Assembly (NCBI GenBank): GCA_965217775.1
Contig: CBDCJH010000002.1
Coordinates: 4,096,001-4,160,000 of the forward strand
Origin: Acidobacteriota bacterium
Lineage (GTDB): Bacteria; Acidobacteriota; UBA6911; RPQK01; JAJDTT01
DNA: 64,000 nucleotides
Direction of reading: 5' to 3'
The notes under the pieces were generated by a model. The model ran no database searches, was not told where the DNA came from, and saw only the letters and a list, made by a program, of their open reading frames with translations. Below are positions 30,057-38,210 of the stretch, piece after piece. Position 1 is the first letter of the stretch. Every line of letters starts with the position of its first letter. The position numbers and the translations under genes were made by a program.

Positions 30057-30626
30057 CTAAAGCCAACCCTTCTTTCTCCATTTGAGCAACGTGTCTCGAT
30101 CAACCCCCACCTTCCTTGCCACAGCGGCCCAACTCATGCCTTTGTCTCGGAGGGACACCACCAAAGCCTTCCTCTCGAGAGTGAACTTGGTCTTCCCGCG
30201 GCCGGGTTCCACCGGCGGCGATGCCAACTCCTCCAGAGTCAACTTCCGTCCAGATCGAATCCACCTTTGAAGGTGTGTGTTACACATCCCATGAGAGTCG
30301 TGATCCCGATCGCAACCGACGACGTCGCAGGTCCGATTGAGCATCGGATCCGCAAAGTGGAAATACCCTTTGGCCTTCCATGACCTCACCGTAGGCCAGC
30401 TCACGCCCAGATGTTTAGCGATCTGCTTCATGCTTAGACCGCGAGCATTGAGGGACTCCACGAGAACCTTTGTTTCCGGGTGCAGTCTCCCACGATTCGG
30501 CTTGAATGCCGCCAACTCCTCCAGAGTCATCGTCCATCCTGAACGGCGGAGCTTCGAGTAGTGGGAGATGCACAGACCCTTATATACCGCCTCCGATTCA
30601 CATCCACGGACAGCGCACTTGCACAC
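30057..30626 (-). CDS. Protein with tandem [C3H Zn-finger + HTH] x2
   Basis: CAVRGC..LCISHY and CDVVGC..MCNTHL, each followed by an HTH-like segment (IAKHLGVSWPTVRSW; VARKVGVDRDTLLKW); GTG start with purine-rich RBS. Confidence 0.7.
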   Translation of the reverse strand: MCKCAVRGCESEAVYKGLCISHYSKLRRSGWTMTLEELAAFKPNRGRLHPETKVLVESLNARGLSMKQIAKHLGVSWPTVRSWKAKGYFHFADPMLNRTCDVVGCDRDHDSHGMCNTHLQRWIRSGRKLTLEELASPPVEPGRGKTKFTLERKALVVSLRDKGMSWAAVARKVGVDRDTLLKWRKKGWL

Positions 30627-30676
30627 TACTCCCCCCTTACACATCCGTCTGGAGGGTCGAAGTCGTTCGATCAGCG

Positions 30677-30730
30677 AGAAGAAAAGGATATGAGGCGGGA
30701 GGAGGCTGGCCAAATGGCCGCCTCCTCCCA
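30677..30730 (-). terminator. Probable terminator of the adhesin gene
   Basis: GGGAGGAGGC...GCCTCCTCCC hairpin followed by a pyrimidine-rich tract on the minus strand. Confidence 0.55.
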
Positions 30731-30771
30731 TCAGGCAAAGAGGGTGGTCCGCGTTCACTCCCCTGAGGCAA

Positions 30772-33700
30772 TCACCGCACAGGAACTACCGGGAGGGTGG
30801 TGAAGATCCGGTTGTTGAAATCCATCTCCAGGGCAACACCGGTGAACATGGACCCCGCCGGCGCGGTGCAGTGGACCGAGCCTTCGAAGTCGTCCGTATC
30901 GGCGTCCATGAAGATCTCGTTGATGAACATGGAACTCTGGCCGTTGCCGGCCAAGTCGATCGTCTCCTCGCCCATCCTCATCCTTTGGCCGTCTGCCATC
31001 AACCTGCATGTCACCGTCGTGGCTTCCGAATCGAGGTTGCGGATGGCGACGCCGGTGTTGATTCCGCCGGCCATGCGGCGGGCCGGGAAGATGGCCGCGT
31101 TGACGGCCTCGCTGGCCCCGACTCCGGCGACACCGATGTTCGGGCTGTCGAAGCGGAGGACTCCGCCGATGGGTCCGTCGGAGACGACTCTCACCGAGCC
31201 GCGCATGCCGTCGCCCATGCCACTGGTCGAGATCGTCATCTCGCCCATGGGCGGAATCTCGTCCATGACCATCAGAGCGCCGTCTTCGTCGACCTCGACA
31301 CCGTCCATCATCGCGTCTACGACCATATCGGCGTCGATCATGTTGCCGTCTCGATCGTAGAAGTAGATGACAGGATCCACGGCCGTGTTGGCTACGTTCA
31401 CGAACACCAAGTCGGACGTGATCGGCACACCGCCGAATTCACCGTTGGCGAAGTGTGCAAAGTTCAGCATCGACATTCCGTCGTCGGACACGACCGCATC
31501 GTAGGGCACCACCGGGAGGGTAGTGAAGATCTGGCCGCCAAAGAGATCCATCTCCACGGCCACGCCGGTGAACATCCCACCTTCGGGAGCCATGCAGCGC
31601 ACAGACCCAACGAAGGCGGTCGTATTCGAACCCGGAAACATCTGGTCAATGAACTCGGAACTGTGGCCGTTTCCGGCCAGGTCGACCATCTTCGCATCCA
31701 TCATCCTGCCGTCCTTCATCAGGTGACAGGTCACGATCATAGGCTCGGCACTGAGGTTGCGGACCGCCGCACCGGTGTTGATTCCGCCCTCTATCCGACG
31801 TGCGGGGAAGATGGCGTCGTTGACGGGCTTGCTGGCTCCCACGCCGGCAACGCCTATGGCTGGGATGTCGAAACGCAGCACACCGCCTATGCGGCCGCTG
31901 GCGAACACCCTCACCGACCCGACCACGAGCGAGCCTTCGCCGTTGGTCGAAATCGTGATTTCGCCTCGGCCCCGGATCCCCATGGGAACGGTCAGGGCGC
32001 CGTCGTCCGCGACCTCAAGATCTCCCATCAGATCCACCACCGAATCGGCGGGAATCATCTCGCCCATCTGGTTGTAGAAGTAGATGGCCGGGGTCACCGT
32101 GGAAGTCTCCACGTTCACCAACACGATGTCGGAGGTGATGGTCACCCCAGTCGATTGGCCGTTGGCAAAGTGGGCGAAGTCGATGCCCTCCATGGGCGTT
32201 GCCTCAACCGAGGCGGAGGCGCCAGTACCGATGGCGTTCACCGCTCTCACCTCGATTTCATGGCCGATCCCGTTGGTCAGGCCCGTCATGGTGTAGCTGG
32301 TGGCACTCGCGCCGCCGGCCACGGCCATCCAGTTGCTCCACTGTCCACCGTTCATCCGGTAGCGCACCTGGTAGCCGGTAACCGCGGAGCCGCCGGTGTC
32401 GGCCGGCATGCCCCACATCACCGTGATGGTCTCGCTTTCGACCCTCGCCGTCAGGCCCGTGGGCGCGGTGGGCGCCCGGCCCGGCGTCGCGCTGTCTTCC
32501 GCAGCCGCACCTTCGCCGATGCTGTTCACCGCCCGCACCTGGAATCCATATTCCGTGCCGTTGGTGAGGCCGGTGACCGTGCGGCTCCTGGCGTTTCCGG
32601 CACCGCTGACGGTCGCCCAATCGCTGTAGGTCTCGCCAGACGCAGCGTAGCGGTACTCGTAACGGATGATCTGTGAGCCGCCGTCAGCTGGAGCACCCCA
32701 GGTCAGTGTGACCTGCTCGTCACCGGCGTCTGCCTCCAGATTCGAAGGCGCACCCGGCGCGGAATCCGCCAACGTGGCGCTGGCCGTGGCACCCTGGCCA
32801 CCACCGACGCTGTTCACCGCCCTCACCTCGAAGGTGTAGGACGCTCCGCTTTCCAGGCCAGTTACCGTGTAGCTGGTGGCACTGGCCCCGCCGGGAACGT
32901 TCGCCCACTCAGTGAAACTGCTGCCACTCTGCTGATAGCGGTGTTGATAACGGACGATCGCCAAACCACCGTCACTCGCCGGTGCGGTCCAACTCAACCT
33001 GACCTGCTGGTCTCCGCCGGTCGCCCTCAGGTTTCTGGGTGCACCCGGAGCACCCTCCACCGGGATGGTCACAACCACGTCCGCGACCCCGATACCCTGG
33101 TAGTCGCCGCCACTCACCGAATGCGTCAGCGTGACCGACTGCATCTCTTCGCCGCCAGCGTCTTCGTCCACCATCACCGTCACTGTCTGGTCGGCATTCC
33201 AGTTACTCGTCGTGAAGATCACCGGCGAACCGGTCACCGTCACGTCGTTCCTCGGGCTGTCCACCGTCACCGACACAGTATCCGTCGGCTGTGTGTTCAG
33301 CCGGACCCGATAGGTCCCGCTCACACCGGCCGCGATCGTCAGCGAGGTCGGACTCACCGTTACGCCTTTATTGTCATTCTCATTAATTGTCACCCTTACG
33401 GATGAAATCGCCGGCCGAGGATCGCCGTCGTCGTCTTTTTCGTATTCGTCCGCTCCACTCACTTTGTGCGTCAACGTTACCGGCACGTCTTGCGCGGCGT
33501 CTTCGTCCTCGGCCACACTGACCGTCACCGTCTGCGCACGGTTCCAATTGCCGATTGAGAAACTCACACTGCGCCCGCTCACTCTCACGTCATCGGAGGC
33601 GCCGGAAATAGCCACTGAGACTGGTGCCGTCGGTGCCTTGGTCAATACCATGGTGTAGGAATCGCTTCCGCCTTCGGTGATCGTGAGCGACGTCGGGTTC

Positions 33701-36552
33701 ACGGCCACGTCAGGCGTGTCGCTGTCCATGACTTCCACCGCGACATTTTCCGAGACGTTGTAATCCGAGTCTGAGCTTGTTGCGGCGTTTTCCAGAGTCG
33801 CTGAAGGGGCCGTTGCGTCGGCCGCTACGTGAACCGTCACAGGTCGTTCCCTGAACCAGTTGTCCGGCGTGAACGTCAGCGGCGTCGGGGTCGCGCTGAC
33901 ATCTGTGCCCCCTCCGGTTATGTTCACTGTAACGTCCATCGTCGGCTGGGTTTTCAGCACCACTCTATACGTCTGGCTCGAACCCTCAGGGATTTCCAGG
34001 CTCATCGGTGTCACGGACAAACCCGCCGTGTCGTTGTCCACGACTCTCACATCGACATTCTTCGCTGTCACCGTGGGCGGAGTGCTCGTGGAATCGTAGC
34101 CGCCACCCCTAACGGCGTGTGTCAGCGTCACGGTCCCGTGCGCACCGTTGGCATCTTCGTCTGCACGCACGGTCACCGATTGAGCAATGTTCCAGTTGCG
34201 TTGGGTGAAGGTCAGCCTGGTCGGAGCGACCGTCAGGGACTCCATCTTCGCCGTTTCAAGCCCAAGCCCACCCAACGTTACCGTCACGGGTCCCGTGGGC
34301 TGGGAATTCAGCCTGATGGTGTAGGTACTCGCCGTCGATCCCTCGTCGACCGTCAGTGCCGTTGGCGTGATTATGACGCCCTTCTGGTCATCCTCAGTGA
34401 TCCTCACCGTCACCTTGCCCATCTGGTCGCCGGTCAAGCCGCTATAGCCACCGCCACTTGCGGCGTGGGTCAGCGTTATGTCGGCATCTTGTTCCGCGTC
34501 GGCATCTTGGAGAGCCTTCACCTCCACCGTTTGCTCAGTGTCCCAGGTGCTGGTAGTGAATATCAGGCGCGAGGGAGTCAACGTCACGTCACCGGAATCG
34601 GCGCGCACCATGACCGTCACGGTCCCAGTGGGTTGCGATCGCAGTTTGACGGTGTATTCGCCGGTCTCACCCTCCATCATCGTTAGAGAATCGGTTGATG
34701 CGGTCACACCGATCATTTCGTTCTCCGTGACCGTGACCCGGACGCTATCCACCCCTCGGAGGCCGTCGTAGTCCCCGCCGCGAACCGTGTGCCTGAGCGT
34801 CACGGCATTCTCCGGTTCTCCGTCGGGGTCTTCCGCGGCGCTGACCACCACTTCCTTTGCCTCGAACCAGTCTGTAGTCGTGAACGTCCGCTGTGACGGA
34901 TTCACGGTCACATCACCCGAAGCCCCAGTTACCGTCACGGTCACATTGTCGGTCGGCTGGGTTTTCAATCTAATAGTGTAGGTTGCGCTTCCGCCCTCGG
35001 CGACCTCGAGTGACGTCTGGTCCAACTCGACGCCCCGCGTATCGTTTTCGCTAACCGTCACCCGCAATGTCCCGCCGGCTACCGTCACATCGCCGATCGT
35101 GTGCGCCACCGTTGCGGTATCCGTCACGCCATCTTCGTCTTCAGCCGCGGTAACCGTCACCGGCTGCGCCGTGTTCCAGTTGCCAGGGTTCTCTGCGTCG
35201 ACCGGCGCCGTGAAGGTCAGGGTGGCTTGATTGCCATCCGTATCCGCGTTGGTGTCCACCGTGACATCCACATCCGAGGAGGCCAGACTTACCGTCACAT
35301 CCGCCGACGGCCTAGAAGCCACCCTCACCGTGTAGGTGCGGCTCGTACCTTCGTTGACGGTCAGTGAACTCGTACTTAGTCTGATTCCCGATGTCGCCTC
35401 CCGGACGGTCACGGCGACGGTGTCATTATCAATAGTCGCGCCATCGTAAGACTCGTCCTTGCCGCTCGCATCGGTGATCGCATGCACCAAATCTACCGAT
35501 CCCGTGGCACTCGAGGTCACTCGAACCGTGACTGGCTTCGGTCGATTCCAGTCGCCCCTCGAAAACCTCACCGACGAGGTCGCACTCACACCTTCATTTT
35601 CATTATTCGGATCTTCCGTTACCGAAATGGTCACATTGCCCGTCGGCTGAGTATCGAGCACTATCGTGTAAGTCGCGTTCACGCCCTGGGCAATAGTCAG
35701 TGAATCGGTACTCACGGACACGCCCCGCGTGTCGTTGTCATCGACCGTCACCAACACCATGCTGTTTTCCCGGTCAGCTTCGGAGCCTGCAGGCACGCCG
35801 GTGTAGTCCCCACCTCGCACCGTGTGGGTGAGGGTCGCGGTATCGTCTTCCGCATCGAAATCCTCTCCCGCAAACACCGTCACCGTCTGCGCCATGGCGT
35901 AGTTATCCGCGGTGAAGAACAACCGGGACGGACTTACCGTGATTTCGCCCGAGGCGCCCGCAATGTCCACGGTCACCGTTGCAGTCGGTTCAGTGTTCAG
36001 CACGACCGTGTATTCACCAGTTTGAGTAGCTTCTAGGAAGAAAACCGTATTCGTACTCAACGTGACCAGTTTCGTATCGTTGTCGTCGACCATCACGGTC
36101 ACCGTCGCGTTTCTCAACGCCACCTCGTCTTCGTCGTCCCCGATCATTGCCGTGTGGGTGAGCGTGACTGTCTCATCCACAGCGTTAGCGTCGTCTCCCG
36201 CGGTCACCTCGAAGGTCTGCGCCGTATCGTAGGTGCCCGGCATAAAGGTCAGCGACGTTGGGTTCACCGTCAGGTCGGCCGTTGTGCCGCCCACCGTAAT
36301 CACGACATCTTCCGATGGCGCGGCATCCAGTTTGACAGTGTACTCAGCGGTATCTTCTTCCACGACGGTTAGTGATCGCGGGTCCATCGTCACGGCCAGG
36401 CTGTCTTGTGCGAACGCCAGTTGGGGCGTCGCGAGCAGCATGACGGCCAGGAAAGGGAAAAAACCCCTTCCGATGTGGACAAAGCAAGTGTTTCTTAGGC
36501 CGTCACAGATCGATGCGGACCTACTGCGTTTCGGCATGGGGATTCCCTCCAA
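30772..36552 (-). CDS. Large exported adhesin-like protein: ~10 Calx-beta/cadherin-like repeats, 3 FN3, 2 C-terminal repeats
   Basis: Signal peptide ending AFA; repeats of SLTVxEG..YTVxL.TQPT..LTFT..NW..QTVTV..ED.D..DND; three FN3 units (W..P..DGG..Y..EVRAVN); duplicated FAHFANG...FTTLPVVP domain. Confidence 0.9.
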   Translation of the reverse strand: MEGIPMPKRSRSASICDGLRNTCFVHIGRGFFPFLAVMLLATPQLAFAQDSLAVTMDPRSLTVVEEDTAEYTVKLDAAPSEDVVITVGGTTADLTVNPTSLTFMPGTYDTAQTFEVTAGDDANAVDETVTLTHTAMIGDDEDEVALRNATVTVMVDDNDTKLVTLSTNTVFFLEATQTGEYTVVLNTEPTATVTVDIAGASGEITVSPSRLFFTADNYAMAQTVTVFAGEDFDAEDDTATLTHTVRGGDYTGVPAGSEADRENSMVLVTVDDNDTRGVSVSTDSLTIAQGVNATYTIVLDTQPTGNVTISVTEDPNNENEGVSATSSVRFSRGDWNRPKPVTVRVTSSATGSVDLVHAITDASGKDESYDGATIDNDTVAVTVREATSGIRLSTSSLTVNEGTSRTYTVRVASRPSADVTVSLASSDVDVTVDTNADTDGNQATLTFTAPVDAENPGNWNTAQPVTVTAAEDEDGVTDTATVAHTIGDVTVAGGTLRVTVSENDTRGVELDQTSLEVAEGGSATYTIRLKTQPTDNVTVTVTGASGDVTVNPSQRTFTTTDWFEAKEVVVSAAEDPDGEPENAVTLRHTVRGGDYDGLRGVDSVRVTVTENEMIGVTASTDSLTMMEGETGEYTVKLRSQPTGTVTVMVRADSGDVTLTPSRLIFTTSTWDTEQTVEVKALQDADAEQDADITLTHAASGGGYSGLTGDQMGKVTVRITEDDQKGVIITPTALTVDEGSTASTYTIRLNSQPTGPVTVTLGGLGLETAKMESLTVAPTRLTFTQRNWNIAQSVTVRADEDANGAHGTVTLTHAVRGGGYDSTSTPPTVTAKNVDVRVVDNDTAGLSVTPMSLEIPEGSSQTYRVVLKTQPTMDVTVNITGGGTDVSATPTPLTFTPDNWFRERPVTVHVAADATAPSATLENAATSSDSDYNVSENVAVEVMDSDTPDVAVNPTSLTITEGGSDSYTMVLTKAPTAPVSVAISGASDDVRVSGRSVSFSIGNWNRAQTVTVSVAEDEDAAQDVPVTLTHKVSGADEYEKDDDGDPRPAISSVRVTINENDNKGVTVSPTSLTIAAGVSGTYRVRLNTQPTDTVSVTVDSPRNDVTVTGSPVIFTTSNWNADQTVTVMVDEDAGGEEMQSVTLTHSVSGGDYQGIGVADVVVTIPVEGAPGAPRNLRATGGDQQVRLSWTAPASDGGLAIVRYQHRYQQSGSSFTEWANVPGGASATSYTVTGLESGASYTFEVRAVNSVGGGQGATASATLADSAPGAPSNLEADAGDEQVTLTWGAPADGGSQIIRYEYRYAASGETYSDWATVSGAGNARSRTVTGLTNGTEYGFQVRAVNSIGEGAAAEDSATPGRAPTAPTGLTARVESETITVMWGMPADTGGSAVTGYQVRYRMNGGQWSNWMAVAGGASATSYTMTGLTNGIGHEIEVRAVNAIGTGASASVEATPMEGIDFAHFANGQSTGVTITSDIVLVNVETSTVTPAIYFYNQMGEMIPADSVVDLMGDLEVADDGALTVPMGIRGRGEITISTNGEGSLVVGSVRVFASGRIGGVLRFDIPAIGVAGVGASKPVNDAIFPARRIEGGINTGAAVRNLSAEPMIVTCHLMKDGRMMDAKMVDLAGNGHSSEFIDQMFPGSNTTAFVGSVRCMAPEGGMFTGVAVEMDLFGGQIFTTLPVVPYDAVVSDDGMSMLNFAHFANGEFGGVPITSDLVFVNVANTAVDPVIYFYDRDGNMIDADMVVDAMMDGVEVDEDGALMVMDEIPPMGEMTISTSGMGDGMRGSVRVVSDGPIGGVLRFDSPNIGVAGVGASEAVNAAIFPARRMAGGINTGVAIRNLDSEATTVTCRLMADGQRMRMGEETIDLAGNGQSSMFINEIFMDADTDDFEGSVHCTAPAGSMFTGVALEMDFNNRIFTTLPVVPVR

Positions 36553-36749
36553 ATACGATCTAGCGCTGTCGGGCTCTTCTCACAAGTGTTTTTTTCTCAC
36601 TGGTGCTATTCCTGATTCGTACGGAATCAGGAGGCACCCAAAGCGTCGACGAATGATACCATATCAATACTGACACCAATCTAACTGATGTTCCGTGCGC
36701 AAAAATGTGGCACCGAAGAGGTTCTTTGGCCATACCAAGAGGAGGTATC

Positions 36750-36930
36750 ATCCGTTGCCTCAAAGAAGGACCTCCCCGAAGAAAGTCCCGAGGTCGCTGC
36801 CCTCATCGTAGATCTTGACCGGGGTCGATGCCGATCCGGGAGTTCGTCCTTTAGATGCTCGATCCGCTGATGCAACTTGGCCGGAGTCAGTCGCTCGCAC
36901 TGAGCCTGAAGCTCTCGCTTGTGCGCCTCA
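36750..36930 (-). pseudogene. Possible C-terminal transposase/integrase remnant
   Basis: ELQAQCERLTPAKLHQRIEHLKDEL...SFFEAT resembles the tail of rve-type IS transposases; weak. Confidence 0.35.
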
Positions 36931-37099
36931 CGACTAAACCGTCCACGAAAACGGGACACCTTCATTCTCATGCGTTTCTGACCGGAGTCGGGACAGGGCC
37001 TCCCTCGTCACCGAATCTGGCGGGATTTCGGCACTATTCCTTCGACGGCGGTGAGAGGCAATTGAGTCTTTCCCCCGCCGCGGGCAGAATGGAGCCCTA

Positions 37100-37351
37100 T
37101 TGATCGATCTGGACTTGTTCGTCATCGGCACCGGACCCGCAGGTCAAAGAGCCGCCGTCCAGGCGGCCAAGCTGGGAAGGAGAGTCGGGATCTGCGACCG
37201 GCGCGAGGTGGTGGGCGGGGTCTGCATGAACACGGGAACCATCCCCTCCAAGACCTGCCGCGAGGCCCTCCTCTATCTGACGGGTTACCGGCAGCGGGCC
37301 ATTTACGGAGAATCGTATACGCTCAAGGAAGACTTGGAGATGCAGGATCTC
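37100..37351 (+). pseudogene. sthA: N-terminal fragment of soluble pyridine nucleotide transhydrogenase
   Basis: DLFVIGTGPAGQRAAVQAAKLG..GGVCMNTGTIPSKT; homology ends after about 84 codons. Confidence 0.8.
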
Positions 37352-37397
37352 CATGGGCCAACAAGATTTACGAGTCTTTTACGATCAGGGTTTCCCT

Positions 37398-38144
37398 ATG
37401 CCCGACCCAGTGTCCATCGTCGTGCCGACGTTTCGGGAGGCCGCGAATATCCCGTCCCTGCTTCGCCGCGTAGAGGCCACGTTGTCCGAATGGCCCACCG
37501 AGTGGGAATTAATCCTGGTGGACGACGACTCGAACGACGGCAGCGAGACTGTCGTGGCGGAGTGGGGGTGCCGACTCCCCATTCGCATGGAGATCCGACG
37601 CGACGCGCCCAGAGACCTGTCCCGCTCGGTACTCCTTGGCATGCGGCTCGCTCGCTTCGACCGGCTGGTGGTGATGGACGCCGACCTGTCGCACCCGCCG
37701 GAGCAGATCCCCGACTTGCTTGCCGCCCTTGAACCCGACTGCGACATCGTCGTCGGCAGCCGATACGTGTCTGATGCACGGGTGGATCCTGCCTGGGGCT
37801 GGTCCCGGGCGTTCCTGTCACGGGTCGGGACACTGATGGCGCGTCCGCTGGTAAATTGTCGCGACCCCCTGTCGGGGTTCTTCGCGATTGATCGCCGGAC
37901 CCTTCCCGATCTGGATGAGTTCCATCCTCTTGGCTATAAGATTGCTCTTGAACTGATGGCACGCGGGCAGCTTCGAGTCCGGGAAGTCCCGATCCGGTTC
38001 GAAACTCGCAGCCGGGGCCAGAGCAAGTTGAACTGGCGAACACACGTCCACTTTCTGCGCCATCTTTGCCGACTGTACGCCCCCCGCCTCGGGGAAACGG
38101 TGCGGAAGACACGCTTGGACGAAAAGCCTGGCGATGCACCGTGA
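37398..38144 (+). CDS. Polyprenol-phosphate mannose synthase (GT2, DPM1/Ppm1-like)
   Basis: VSIVVPTFREAANI, VDDDSNDGS, MDADLSHPP, VGSRY, DPLSGFF, GYKIALE, EVPIRF..R..GQSKL. Confidence 0.9.
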   Translation: MPDPVSIVVPTFREAANIPSLLRRVEATLSEWPTEWELILVDDDSNDGSETVVAEWGCRLPIRMEIRRDAPRDLSRSVLLGMRLARFDRLVVMDADLSHPPEQIPDLLAALEPDCDIVVGSRYVSDARVDPAWGWSRAFLSRVGTLMARPLVNCRDPLSGFFAIDRRTLPDLDEFHPLGYKIALELMARGQLRVREVPIRFETRSRGQSKLNWRTHVHFLRHLCRLYAPRLGETVRKTRLDEKPGDAP

Positions 38145-38210
38145 CCGCTACGGTGACGATTTTCGGTCGCCACCGAATGGCCGGGCCGGGCCATCGAGGG
38201 CAAGAGCAAC

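Noticed and set aside
37100-37732. 210-aa ORF as an intact gene
   Set aside because: Only the first ~84 codons resemble SthA; the rest is out-of-frame overlap with the GT2 gene.
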